64,000 nucleotides of DNA. Origin: Patescibacteria group bacterium. GTDB lineage: Bacteria; Patescibacteriota; Minisyncoccia; Portnoybacterales; UBA2143. The stretch covers positions 321,980-385,979 of the forward strand of contig JAHJSM010000001.1 of the NCBI GenBank assembly GCA_018830295.1. Direction: 5' to 3'. Positions 54,828 to 64,000 of this stretch are shown one piece after another (position 1 is the stretch's first letter; the number at the start of each line of letters is the position of its first letter). The translations under genes and the position numbers were made by a program. The notes under the pieces are model-generated. The model was not told where the DNA came from and made no database searches. It saw only the letters and a list, made by a program, of their open reading frames with translations.

Positions 54828-56543
54828 ATGAAGAATTTGGAATTGTCTCAAATTTTTTATAGCATCTCCGACTTGCTTGAAATGCAGGGGTTGCCTTTTC
54901 GCGCGATTGCTTTTGCCCGCGTCGCTCGCGTTTTGGAATTTTTGGAAAAAGACATAGAGGAAATTTATCGCGAGGGCGGGATAAAAGCGTTAATGGATAT
55001 TCCCGGCGTTGGCGAGGGGATCGCCCGACGAATGGAGGAGTTTGTTAAAACAGGCGAGGTTAAGGATTATCAAAAACTTAAGAGGAAATGTCCGGTTGAT
55101 TTGGAAGGATTAAGAGCCGTTGAAGGGCTCGGCTCTAAAAGAATAAAAATTCTTTACGAAAAATTAAAAGTTAAAAATTTAAAGGATTTAAAAAAGGCGG
55201 CCCAAGCGGGGAAGATAGGAAAATTGGAGGGCTTTGGCGCCAAAAGCGAAAAAAATATCTTGCAGGCGATTGATTTCGCGGCGGAGGGCAAAGGGAGATT
55301 TTTGCTTGGTTTGGTTTTGCCGAGGGTTAGGCGAATTATTGGCGAACTTGGAAAACTTCCTCAAATTAGCAGAGTTAGCATGGCTGGTTCAATTAGGCGG
55401 ATGAAAGAAACGGTGGGTGATGTTGATATTCTCGCGACTTCATCAAAACCAAAGGAAGTTATGGATTTTTTCATAGGAATGCCGGGGATAACCAAGGTTT
55501 GGGCGAAAGGCCCGACAAAATCGTCAATTCGTTTTAGAGACGGGTTGGATTGTGATTTGCGAATTGTGGGAAAAGAAAGTTTTGGCGCGGCTTTGCAGTA
55601 TTTCACGGGAAGCAAAGAGCATAATATTTTAACTAGACGAATTGCTAGAAAAAAAGGGCTGAAATTAAACGAATACGGAGTTTACAAGGGAGAGAGAAAA
55701 ATAGCGGGCGAGACAGAGGAAGGGGTTTACGAAGCAATTGGCTTTCCATATATCGCGCCGGAATTAAGGACAAACACGGGCGAAATTGAAGCGGCTTTAT
55801 CAGGTAAATTGCCGAAGTTGGTTAATCTCGGTGACATCAGAGGAGATTGCCATTGTCACACCAATTGGAGCGACGGCTCGCAGACAATTGAAGAAGCGGC
55901 AAAAATCGCTCAAAAAATGGGTTATCAATATCTAGCGATTACTGACCACGCCGGTTTTTTGAAAATAGCTGGCGCGTTGGATGAGAAAAAACTTCTCAAA
56001 CAAATGGCGGTAATAGATAAAATCAACAAACGGCTTTCAGGGATTAAAATTTTGAAAGGATGCGAGGTTGATATTAAAAAAGACGGCGAATTGGCGATTA
56101 AAGATGAGGTCTTGGCGAAGGCCGACTTGGTCTTGGCGGCCGTTCATTCAAATTTCAAAATGACGAAAAGGGATATGACAAAACGGCTGGTTAACGCGAT
56201 TAAAAATCCGTTTGTCAATATTATTACCCATCCAACAGGCAGAGTTATCCGCAAAAGAGAGGAATACAGTTTTGATTTTGACGCGGTCTTCAAAACGGCG
56301 CGTGAAAACAAAACTGCCTTAGAAGTCAACGCTCATTTCAAGCGATTGGACTTAAGGGATATCTATATTAGAAAGGCGACCGACGCGGGAGTTAAATTGG
56401 TCATCAATACAGACGCGCACAATTCCGTGGAATTTTCAATGATGGAATTCGGCGTTGCGACCGCTCGTCGCGGTTGGGCTGAAAAAAAAGACATCCTCAA
56501 CACCCGCTCGGCAGATAAACTTTTAGAATATTTTAATAAATAA
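54828..56543 (+). CDS. polX: DNA polymerase X / PHP 3'-5' exonuclease
   Basis: 'GS.RR.KET.GDVDIL', 'LQYFTGSK.HN', PHP motifs 'D.H.HT.WSDG', 'ITDH', 'HPTGR', 'TDAH'. Confidence 0.95.
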   Translation: MKNLELSQIFYSISDLLEMQGLPFRAIAFARVARVLEFLEKDIEEIYREGGIKALMDIPGVGEGIARRMEEFVKTGEVKDYQKLKRKCPVDLEGLRAVEGLGSKRIKILYEKLKVKNLKDLKKAAQAGKIGKLEGFGAKSEKNILQAIDFAAEGKGRFLLGLVLPRVRRIIGELGKLPQISRVSMAGSIRRMKETVGDVDILATSSKPKEVMDFFIGMPGITKVWAKGPTKSSIRFRDGLDCDLRIVGKESFGAALQYFTGSKEHNILTRRIARKKGLKLNEYGVYKGERKIAGETEEGVYEAIGFPYIAPELRTNTGEIEAALSGKLPKLVNLGDIRGDCHCHTNWSDGSQTIEEAAKIAQKMGYQYLAITDHAGFLKIAGALDEKKLLKQMAVIDKINKRLSGIKILKGCEVDIKKDGELAIKDEVLAKADLVLAAVHSNFKMTKRDMTKRLVNAIKNPFVNIITHPTGRVIRKREEYSFDFDAVFKTARENKTALEVNAHFKRLDLRDIYIRKATDAGVKLVINTDAHNSVEFSMMEFGVATARRGWAEKKDILNTRSADKLLEYFNK

Positions 56544-56912
56544 ATGAATAAAAAGATTAAGAAATGGGGGTTGGTTTTTTTGTGGGCTGGTTTGATTTTC
56601 TTTTTGTCGCATCAGCCGGGGTTGAAGTCGGGTCTGCCTAATGAGTGGGATTTTGTTTTGCGCAAGTTGGCTCATATTTCGGAGTATTTTGTTTTGACGC
56701 TTCTTTTAATTAACGCTTTGAAAGAGCATTGTTTGAGCAAAAAGAAAATTATTGTTTTTGCCGTTTTGCTTGCTTTCGCTTATGCCTGTTCTGATGAATA
56801 TCATCAAACATTTATTAACGCCCGCGAAGGAGCGGCACGCGATGTTTTAATAGACAGCGGTGGGATATTGCTTGCTTCATATTTTTTGGACGGAAAAAGA
56901 AAAAAATGGTAG
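56544..56912 (+). CDS. VanZ family membrane protein
   Basis: 'W.GLIFFLS', 'RKLAH..EY..L', 'YACSDEYHQ.F...R.G...DV.ID'. Confidence 0.88.
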   Translation: MNKKIKKWGLVFLWAGLIFFLSHQPGLKSGLPNEWDFVLRKLAHISEYFVLTLLLINALKEHCLSKKKIIVFAVLLAFAYACSDEYHQTFINAREGAARDVLIDSGGILLASYFLDGKRKKW

Positions 56913-56921
56913 AATAGCATT

Positions 56922-57947
56922 ATGTTTGATTTTTCGAAAAAAATGGCTTTTGGATTAGACTTGAGCGATCGGTCTCTTAAGATTATTCAATTTAAAAAAC
57001 AAAAAGGCGAGTTTTCTTTGTCTGGCTTTGCTACGCAAGATATTCCGAGTGGCCTTATCCAGAACGGAGAAATCAAAAAAGAAAAAGAATTAGCCAGTGT
57101 TTTAAAAAGCGCGCTAGCGGAAGCGAAAAAGAGAGGAGTGACTGGCAATCGGGTTGTTTGTAATTTGCCGGAAGAAAAAGTTTTTATTCGCGTTATTCAA
57201 TTGCCTCGAATGAAAGAGGAAGAAATAGCGCAGGCGATCCGATGGGAAGTGGAAGCGCATATCCCCATGAGTATTAACGAGGTCTATATGGATTGGCAAG
57301 TAATAGAGCCGATAGTTGTGTCTTCTAAACATATTGATGTTCTGATCGCCGCCGCTCCGCGCGATTTAGTTGATAGTTATTCAAGTTTTCTAAAAAGAGG
57401 CGGGCTTCATCCAATTGCTTTGGAGCCGGAATCAGTCGCCGTTGTCAGAAGTTTAATTAAATCAAAAGATCACAAGCCGTCCGTTATTATTGACTTGGGG
57501 GCGACGGGAACCAACTGCGTGGTTTTCGCGGCTGAAGCGATTCGTTTTACTTCTCATATCCGCGCTTCAGGACGGCTTTTTACCGAAGCGATAGAGAAGG
57601 ACTTAAAGGTTAGCGAGAAAGAAGCTAATCAATTAAAGATTAAAATTGGGTTAGACAAAACAAAGAAGCAAGGCAAAGTTTATCGCGCCTTAAAACCAAT
57701 TGTTAACGATCTTGCTAAGCAAATTAGCGAATATATTGATTTCTATGAAGAAAATAAGGTCGCGCAGATTATACTTTGCGGAGGCGATTCACTTTTAATC
57801 AATCTTCCCTTTGAACTTGAGAGCGCGCTTAAGATTCCAGTTAAATTAGGCAATCCGTTGGAAGGGATTTTGGAAAAAATTGTTTTGCCTAAAAAGGAAA
57901 TTCTTGCCTATAATACGGCTATAGGATTGGCTTTAGGAAATTATTAA
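56922..57947 (+). CDS. pilM: Type IV pilus assembly protein PilM
   Basis: 'FGLDLSD.SLK', 'I.WE.E..IP', 'IDLG...T', 'LCGG', 'A.GLAL'. Confidence 0.9.
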   Translation: MFDFSKKMAFGLDLSDRSLKIIQFKKQKGEFSLSGFATQDIPSGLIQNGEIKKEKELASVLKSALAEAKKRGVTGNRVVCNLPEEKVFIRVIQLPRMKEEEIAQAIRWEVEAHIPMSINEVYMDWQVIEPIVVSSKHIDVLIAAAPRDLVDSYSSFLKRGGLHPIALEPESVAVVRSLIKSKDHKPSVIIDLGATGTNCVVFAAEAIRFTSHIRASGRLFTEAIEKDLKVSEKEANQLKIKIGLDKTKKQGKVYRALKPIVNDLAKQISEYIDFYEENKVAQIILCGGDSLLINLPFELESALKIPVKLGNPLEGILEKIVLPKKEILAYNTAIGLALGNY

Positions 57948-57951
57948 ATAA

Positions 57952-58491
57952 ATGATTAAACTTAATCTTTTATCACCCGAAGAAAAAAAAGAAGCTCAAT
58001 TAACTAATTTTATTCATTGGTTAGCGTTTTTAGTCGTTCCGATTTCCGCCTTTTTAATAGTTTTTATTCTATTTTTACTTGGTTCTTTTTTCTCGCTTTC
58101 CATAATGCTCAAAGCGCAAGATGAGGCGATAGTACTTCAAAGGAGCGATTCGAGGACGCAGGAATTGCTTAAGATTGAGGAAAGAATTCAAAAAACAAAC
58201 AAAATTCTTGACCAAATTTATCTTAAACAAAACAAAATGGTTTCTTGGACGCTCGCGCTAATAGAAATATCGGAAATTATGCCAGACGCGGCGCGCCTTA
58301 ATAATTTCTCTTATCGGAAAAGCGACAATACGCTTAATTTAATTGGCTGGGCGGCGGAACGAAAAGACATTTTATCGCTAGAGGAGTCCTTGAAAGAAAG
58401 TTCTCTTTTTGACCAAGTCAATTCTCCTTTATCTAATTTGATTAAACAGGAGAATGTAGATTTTAGTTTTACATTTAAGCCGATTCAATGA
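57952..58491 (+). CDS. pilN: Type IV pilus assembly protein PilN
   Basis: 'I.LNLL.P' N-terminal motif, TM, coiled coil; follows pilM. Confidence 0.85.
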   Translation: MIKLNLLSPEEKKEAQLTNFIHWLAFLVVPISAFLIVFILFLLGSFFSLSIMLKAQDEAIVLQRSDSRTQELLKIEERIQKTNKILDQIYLKQNKMVSWTLALIEISEIMPDAARLNNFSYRKSDNTLNLIGWAAERKDILSLEESLKESSLFDQVNSPLSNLIKQENVDFSFTFKPIQ

Positions 58492-59027
58492 TAACCTTTT
58501 TCCAAAAAAAAATTATATTTATGATTGCTTTGGGGATCATTATTCTCGCGCTTGTTTTTGTTTCGGTAATTTATCCTTTGGTCAATAAAATCGCGGATTA
58601 TTCTTATCGGTATTTATCAAACAAAGAGATTCTATCTGGTCTGAGCAAAAGAGAATCCCTCGCTAAGGAATTGCGGAATGATTTTCAAGAAAAGCAGGAT
58701 GCTTTATCAAGAATTGAAGGCGCGCTTCTTGGAGCGGAAGAAACAGTTGGTTTTATATCCACGATTGAAAGCATCGCGCAAGAAACAGGCAACCTCTTTG
58801 AAATAAAAACAGCCAGTCCGTCGCTCCTGACTTCCGAAGGAGAGCCGTTTCTTTTTTTGAGCGTTGTTCTTTGGGGCGATTTTTCGGAACTGTTGAATTT
58901 TATCGCTAACATAGAAGATAGTCCTTATCCGCCTTATCGTTTAATGGAAATTGAAGGGATAAATATTAAAAGATTATTAGAGGGGGATATAGAGACCAAT
59001 TTAGAAATTAAAATTTATACGAAATGA
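58488..59027 (+). CDS. pilO: Type IV pilus assembly protein PilO-like
   Basis: TM, coiled coil, 'G.F..L..F...IE'; follows pilN. Confidence 0.75.
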   Translation: MITFFQKKIIFMIALGIIILALVFVSVIYPLVNKIADYSYRYLSNKEILSGLSKRESLAKELRNDFQEKQDALSRIEGALLGAEETVGFISTIESIAQETGNLFEIKTASPSLLTSEGEPFLFLSVVLWGDFSELLNFIANIEDSPYPPYRLMEIEGINIKRLLEGDIETNLEIKIYTK

Positions 59028-59293
59028 CGAAAATTTCAATTGAAAAAACGCATATTTTTTTGGAGAAATATTGCTGCTGGATTTTGGGAGCGATTTTAAT
59101 TTCACTTCTTTTTTGTAACGCCTTTATTTATTATAAATATATCTATTTGGCGACCACGGCCGAAATTACTTTAACGATTGAGAAAACGGTCGTTAACGAA
59201 GAAATGTTGAATGAGGTTTTGAGGGAAATAGAAAATAGGGAAGAGACCCTTATCCGAGTCCAAACAAGTAAATACGCCGACCCGTTTAATTAA
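59024..59293 (+). CDS. Small membrane protein ending in 'DPF' (pilMNO operon)
   Basis: TM helix; overlaps the pilO stop codon. Confidence 0.55.
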   Translation: MTKISIEKTHIFLEKYCCWILGAILISLLFCNAFIYYKYIYLATTAEITLTIEKTVVNEEMLNEVLREIENREETLIRVQTSKYADPFN

Positions 59294-59300
59294 AATGCGG

Positions 59301-59313
59301 GGGGGCTGCCCCC
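59301..59313. repeat. Single family C unit GGGGGC-T-GCCCCC
   Basis: Direct reading, just after the end of the pil operon. Confidence 0.65.
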
Positions 59314-59361
59314 TAATTTCTTTACTTTTCTGTGTTTTTCGTTATAATACCACAGCTAAAT

Positions 59362-59434
59362 GTCCCCGTAGCTCAACGGACAGAGCGACGGTTTTCTAAA
59401 CCGCAGGTTGCAGGTTCGATTCCTGCCGGGGGCA
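59362..59434 (+). tRNA. tRNA-Arg(TCT)
   Basis: GTCCCCG/CGGGGGC acceptor stem, CGGT-ttTCTaa-ACCG. Confidence 0.92.
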
Positions 59435-59514
59435 CGCGTTTTTTGTCCAAAATTTATTTTGGCAACAAAAAACAGCGCCCCGACGGATGTCGGGGCTTCC
59501 AAATGTTTTTTTAT

Positions 59515-59586
59515 GGCGGCTATAGTTTAGTGGTAAAACTCCTCTTTGTGGAAGAGGTATCGAGAGTTCGATTCTCTCTAGCCGCC
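59515..59586 (+). tRNA. tRNA-His(GTG)
   Basis: Encoded G-1 pairing with C73; CCTCT-ttGTGga-AGAGG. Confidence 0.93.
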
Positions 59587-59670
59587 CAGTATTAGATTGA
59601 CAGAAGATAAAAAGTAGTTTATCTTTATTTTAGGTTTTATCTTAAGGGCCTCCTTGCGGAGGTTTTATAT

Positions 59671-61458
59671 ATGGAAATTAGAAACATTGCTATTATCGCC
59701 CATGTTGACCATGGGAAGACGGCTATTACCGACGCTTTGATGCGGCAGACGGGGATGGTTGGCGACGAATCGGTTGGAATGGATAGCGACACCCTTGAAC
59801 AGGAAAGGGGAATTACGATTTATTCCAAAAACGCGTCGCTTTTCTACAAAGACACGAAAATCAATATCGTTGACACGCCAGGACACGCCGATTTTGGGTC
59901 GGAGGTTGAACGCGTGCTTCGGTCCATTGACTCAGTTCTTTTAGTTGTAGACGCGCAGGAAGGTCCGATGCCTCAAACCAAGTTTGTTTTGAAAAAGTCA
60001 TTGGAACTTGGGCTGAAACCGATTGTCATTTTGAATAAAATTGACAAACCCGCCGCAAACCCCGCCCTTGCGCACGAGCAGGTCTTGGAACTTTTTATGG
60101 ATCTTGGCGCGAATGAAGAGCAACTAAACTTTAAGGTTATTTACGCCATTGGTCGGGATGGAATTGCCAAGAGAAATTTAGAGGACGAATCAAAGGATTT
60201 AACTCCTCTTTTAGATATGATTTTAGAGGAGGTTCCGGCGGCGCTGTCTGATACATCGCTTCCTTTTAGAATGCAGCCGTTTAACTTGGCTTATGACGAT
60301 TTTTTGGGGCGGCTTGCGATCGGGAGAATTTACGAGGGAGTGATTAAGCCGGGCTCGAAAGTGATTGTTAAAAAACCGAACGGCGAAACGCGACACGCGT
60401 CAATTACGAGAATTAACACATTTCAAGGGATAGAAAGAAAAGAAACCGAGGAGGCCGTCGCGGGGGATATTGTTATGATCGCGGGCATCCCCGACATCTA
60501 TATTGGAGAAACGATTTGCGCCAATGTTGACCAAGAGCCGCTTCCAGCGATTGTTGTGGACGAGCCGACTATCTCCGCGAATTTTTTAGTTAACAATTCT
60601 CCTTTCGCGGGCCGAGAAGGAAAATTCGTAACAACGCGTCATATTAAAGAACGGTTGGAAAAAGAATTGGAAGTTAATGTCGGCTTAAGAGTTGATTTTT
60701 CCGCGAATGATATTTTTCGGGTCTTTGGAAGAGGAGAAATGCATTTGGCGATTCTTCTTGAAAATATGCGTCGCGAAGGATACGAACTTCAGATTTCTCA
60801 ACCGCAAGTTATTATTAAAGTAGAAGACAGAGTTAAAAAAGAGCCATTTGAAGAAGTTATTATTGATGTTCCAGATGAGTTTTTGGGGACAATCATTGAG
60901 AATATGTCAAAGCGGAAAGGTATGATGCGGGAGATGAAATCAGAAAACGGAAATACGCGGCTGATTTTTGAAGCTCCGACTCGCGGAATTCTTGGCTACA
61001 GAAACGAGTTTGTTATTATCACGAAAGGAGAGGGAATTTTATGCTCGCGCGCGCTTGAATTCAGGCCATACGCGGGGGAGATTGAAAAAAGAAGCGTTGG
61101 TTCAATGGTTTCTATGGCGACAGGAAAGGCGCTTGGCTTTTCTCTTTTTAACCTGCAAAGTCGAGGCGCTATTTATATTGACCCCAATATTGAGGTTTAT
61201 GAAGGAATGGTCATCGGAAACACTTCCAAAGGAGAATCTTTATCTGTTAATCCGACTAAGGGAAAAAATTTAACAAATGTGCGCGCTTCCGGTTCGGACG
61301 ACGCCTTAAAACTTGTCCCTCCTTTGAAATTGACTTTAGAAAGAGGAATGGAAATTATGTCGGAAGACGAGTATTTGGAAATAACGCCCAAAAGCATCCG
61401 CCTTCGAAAAAAATTCCTCACAGGAATTGAAAGAACAAGAGCGAAGAGGAAAAGTTAA
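59671..61458 (+). CDS. typA: Translational GTPase TypA/BipA
   Basis: '[14 protein letters not shown]', 'DTPGHADF', 'GPMPQT', '[15 protein letters not shown]', '[12 protein letters not shown]'. Confidence 0.97.
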   Translation: MEIRNIAIIAHVDHGKTAITDALMRQTGMVGDESVGMDSDTLEQERGITIYSKNASLFYKDTKINIVDTPGHADFGSEVERVLRSIDSVLLVVDAQEGPMPQTKFVLKKSLELGLKPIVILNKIDKPAANPALAHEQVLELFMDLGANEEQLNFKVIYAIGRDGIAKRNLEDESKDLTPLLDMILEEVPAALSDTSLPFRMQPFNLAYDDFLGRLAIGRIYEGVIKPGSKVIVKKPNGETRHASITRINTFQGIERKETEEAVAGDIVMIAGIPDIYIGETICANVDQEPLPAIVVDEPTISANFLVNNSPFAGREGKFVTTRHIKERLEKELEVNVGLRVDFSANDIFRVFGRGEMHLAILLENMRREGYELQISQPQVIIKVEDRVKKEPFEEVIIDVPDEFLGTIIENMSKRKGMMREMKSENGNTRLIFEAPTRGILGYRNEFVIITKGEGILCSRALEFRPYAGEIEKRSVGSMVSMATGKALGFSLFNLQSRGAIYIDPNIEVYEGMVIGNTSKGESLSVNPTKGKNLTNVRASGSDDALKLVPPLKLTLERGMEIMSEDEYLEITPKSIRLRKKFLTGIERTRAKRKS

Positions 61459-61504
61459 TTGAAGATTTGACATTGTTGATATAATTTGATAACTTGTTTA
61501 AGTA

Positions 61505-61966
61505 ATGCCTACGATTCATCAATTAATTAAGAGGCCGAGGAAGACGGCGAAGAGGAAACCAAAAGCCCCGGCTCTTTGGAAAAGTTTTAATTCGCTTAAG
61601 AATAAGCCGAGCACTATTTCGTCTCCGTTTAAACGGGGTGTTTGTGTTCAAGTTAAAACGATGACGCCGAAGAAGCCGAACTCGGCTATGCGAAAAGTGG
61701 CGAGAGTTCGTCTGACTAATGGAATGGAAGTGACTGCGTATATTCCTGGCGAGGGACACAAGTTACAAGAACACTCGGTTGTTTTAATCAGAGGCGGACG
61801 GGCGAAGGATTTGCCCGGAGTTCGTTATCGTGTCGTGAGAGGTGTTTTAGATACTGGAGGCGTGGAAGGGCGAAGGCAAAAGAGAAGCCGTTACGGAGCG
61901 AAGAGACCAAAGGCCGGAGCTCCCGCAAAGGGAGGAGAAGCGGCGGCCGCGCCAGCGGAGGAATAA
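61505..61966 (+). CDS. rpsL: 30S ribosomal protein S12
   Basis: '[18 protein letters not shown]', '[11 protein letters not shown]'; Ala-rich C-terminal tail. Confidence 0.97.
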   Translation: MPTIHQLIKRPRKTAKRKPKAPALWKSFNSLKNKPSTISSPFKRGVCVQVKTMTPKKPNSAMRKVARVRLTNGMEVTAYIPGEGHKLQEHSVVLIRGGRAKDLPGVRYRVVRGVLDTGGVEGRRQKRSRYGAKRPKAGAPAKGGEAAAAPAEE

Positions 61967-61971
61967 AATAT

Positions 61972-62442
61972 ATGCGTAGAAAAAGAAACATAAAAAGAGA
62001 AATTAATCCTGACCCTAAATATGGGAATGCTTTGGTTGCTAAGTTTATTTCTTATCTAATGAAAGATGGAAAAAAATCTATCGCGCAGAGTATTTTTTAC
62101 GGCGCGTTTGATATTATTAAAGAAAAAGTAAAAGACAAAGACCCTTTGGATGTTTTTGACCAAGCGATTAAAAACGCTTCTCCCGAAGTTGAAGTGAGAA
62201 CGAAACGGGTTGGAGGCGCGCGCTATCAAGTGCCGCGCGAAGTGCGAGGGGAGAGGAAAATCGCTTTGGCCTCAAGATGGCTTATTGGTTCGGCTAAAAA
62301 GAAAAAAGGCAAACCAATGGCGGAAAAACTTGCTGAAGAATTAATGGAAGCGGCGAGGAATGAAGGCGTTGCTGTAGGCAAGAAGCAAGAAACGCACAAA
62401 ATAGCCGACGCCAATAAGGCCTTCGCTCATTTTAGATGGTAG
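61972..62442 (+). CDS. rpsG: 30S ribosomal protein S7
   Basis: 'PDPKY', 'M.DGKKS.A', 'RVGGA.YQVP', 'ANKAFAHF'. Confidence 0.97.
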   Translation: MRRKRNIKREINPDPKYGNALVAKFISYLMKDGKKSIAQSIFYGAFDIIKEKVKDKDPLDVFDQAIKNASPEVEVRTKRVGGARYQVPREVRGERKIALASRWLIGSAKKKKGKPMAEKLAEELMEAARNEGVAVGKKQETHKIADANKAFAHFRW

Positions 62443-62459
62443 TTTTTTGATTTATTTTT

Positions 62460-64000
62460 ATGCGAGAGTATCCAATTGAAAAAGTTAGAGATATTGGCAT
62501 TATTGCCCATATCGACGCCGGGAAAACGACCGTATCCGAACGGATTCTTTTTTATACTGGAATTTCTCATAAAATTGGAGAGGTTCACGAAGGCGAAGCG
62601 ATTATGGACTGGATGGAGCAAGAAAGAGAAAGAGGAATTACGATTACTTCGGCGGCAACGACTTGTTTTTGGAATCCGAGAGAATATTTTGCTGGCGGAG
62701 AAAAGAAAAATAAATATCAAATTAATATCATTGATACTCCCGGACACATTGATTTTACCGTTGAAGTCCAGCGTTCTTTAAGAGTTCTTGACGGGGCGGT
62801 GGTTGTTTTTGATGGAGTAGCTGGAGTTGAGCCGCAGTCAGAAACCGTTTGGCGGCAAGCGGACAAATTTAATGTGCCGCGAATTTGTTTTGTTAATAAA
62901 CTTGATAGAATGGGAGGGAATTTTGAAACGAGTTTGCGCTCGATTTGGGAGCGGCTTACGCCTCACGCGATTGCGATGCAACTTCCTATTGGTTCCGAGG
63001 AAAATCTTGAGGGCGTGATTGATTTAATTAAAATGAAGGCGTTTAAGTTCGTCGGCAAGAGCGGAGAGGAAGTGACTGAAGAAGAAATTCCAGAGGACTT
63101 GAAAGAGAAAAGCGCGGAATACAGAAACAAAATGGTTGAAAAAATTGTTGAGCAAGAAGACGCTTTAATGGAAAAGTATTTAGGCGGAGAAGAAATTGGA
63201 GAAGATGATTTAAGACGCGTTTTACGGAAGGCGGTTATTGGATATAAATTAGTTCCTGTTTTTTGCGGTTCGGCTTTGAAGAATAAGGGGGTTCAACTTT
63301 TACTTGACGCGGTTGTTGATTACTTGCCGTCTCCGGCTGATTTGCCGCCGGTTGAAGGGTTTGATATGAGGGACGAAGAAAAAATGATGACCCGAGAGAA
63401 CAAAGACGAGGAGCCATTTGCCGCTTTGGCTTTTAAGATGGCGACTGATCCGTTTGTTGGACAGTTGGCTTATGTCCGCGTCTATTCGGGTATTTTAACG
63501 AGCGGTTCGTATGTTCTTAATTCAATTACAGACAAAAAAGAAAGAATTGGGCGGATTTTAATGATGCATTCCAATAAAAGAGAAGAGGTTAAAGAAGTTT
63601 ACGCTGGTGGCATTGCTGCTGTTGTTGGGTTGAAAAGCACGACCACGGGCGATACTTTGACTGATCCCGACCACCCAATTGTTTTGGAGAAAATTACTTT
63701 CCCTGAACCAGTTATTTCTATCGCGATTGAACCAAAGACTAAAGCAGACCAAGAAAAGATGGGCTTTGCATTGAAGAAATTAGCCGATGAAGATCCGACT
63801 TTCAGAATTAAGGGCGATATTGAGACAGGACAGACAATTATTTCAGGAATGGGTGAATTACATTTAGAAGTTCTTGTTGATAGAATGATGCGAGAATTTG
63901 GCGTTGACGCGAATGTCGGGCAACCGCAGGTTGCGTACAAAGAAACAGTCAAAAAACCTGCCAAAGCGGAAGGGAAATATGTTCGCCAAACGGGCGGACG
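62460..64000 (+). CDS. fusA: Elongation factor G (runs off the window end)
   Basis: ATG at 62460 gives [30 protein letters not shown]; 'IDTPGHIDF', 'GMGELHLE'; follows rpsL-rpsG; absent from the ORF track because no stop lies in the window. Confidence 0.97.
   Translation, partial: MREYPIEKVRDIGIIAHIDAGKTTVSERILFYTGISHKIGEVHEGEAIMDWMEQERERGITITSAATTCFWNPREYFAGGEKKNKYQINIIDTPGHIDFTVEVQRSLRVLDGAVVVFDGVAGVEPQSETVWRQADKFNVPRICFVNKLDRMGGNFETSLRSIWERLTPHAIAMQLPIGSEENLEGVIDLIKMKAFKFVGKSGEEVTEEEIPEDLKEKSAEYRNKMVEKIVEQEDALMEKYLGGEEIGEDDLRRVLRKAVIGYKLVPVFCGSALKNKGVQLLLDAVVDYLPSPADLPPVEGFDMRDEEKMMTRENKDEEPFAALAFKMATDPFVGQLAYVRVYSGILTSGSYVLNSITDKKERIGRILMMHSNKREEVKEVYAGGIAAVVGLKSTTTGDTLTDPDHPIVLEKITFPEPVISIAIEPKTKADQEKMGFALKKLADEDPTFRIKGDIETGQTIISGMGELHLEVLVDRMMREFGVDANVGQPQVAYKETVKKPAKAEGKYVRQTGG

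Noticed and set aside
59332-59595. 87-aa ORF, and ORF 36564-36752
   Set aside because: Both overlap tRNA genes.
62476-63964. Several short ORFs at the window end
   Set aside because: They are alternative-frame or antisense shadows of fusA, which starts at 62460.

Overview
A 64 kb chromosomal segment of a low-GC, host-dependent bacterium, almost certainly Patescibacteria/CPR of the Parcubacteria type. This is inferred from the VirB4/PrgI/VirB6-like T4SS locus, type IV pilus operons, several O-antigen-ligase genes and a FemX-MurE pair. It carries envelope glycosylation genes, the T4SS-like cluster (3.3-13.8 kb), pilB/pilC/minor pilins with a two-component pair, pilMNO, a HicBA toxin-antitoxin pair, an Mrr-like nuclease, nine tRNA genes and many housekeeping genes (rsmA, pcrA, hup, ymdB, rny, nusA, trxB, malic enzyme, cca, rpsO, pnp, rpsT, ruvA, murE, polX, typA, rpsL, rpsG, partial fusA). 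The most unusual signals are not in the ORF track. (1) More than 20 dispersed REP/MITE-like elements are built from odd-centred palindromes (GGGAC-W-GTCCC, GGGGGC-W-GCCCCC, AAGGTC-W-GACCTT) paired as inverted doublets, and four lie in frame inside intact genes (rsmA, pcrA, murE, an O-antigen ligase). (2) Small orphan genes share one leader design (boxA-like motif, A-tract, strong Shine-Dalgarno, terminator), whereas many core genes look leaderless. (3) A ~300 nt structured non-coding unit at 44.5-44.8 kb displays GGAGG motifs in loops. (4) An unannotated 31-aa Cys-rich peptide gene is present. (5) A 6S-like hairpin lies in the rny leader. All calls come from reading the sequence by eye; no database searches or folding programs were run.
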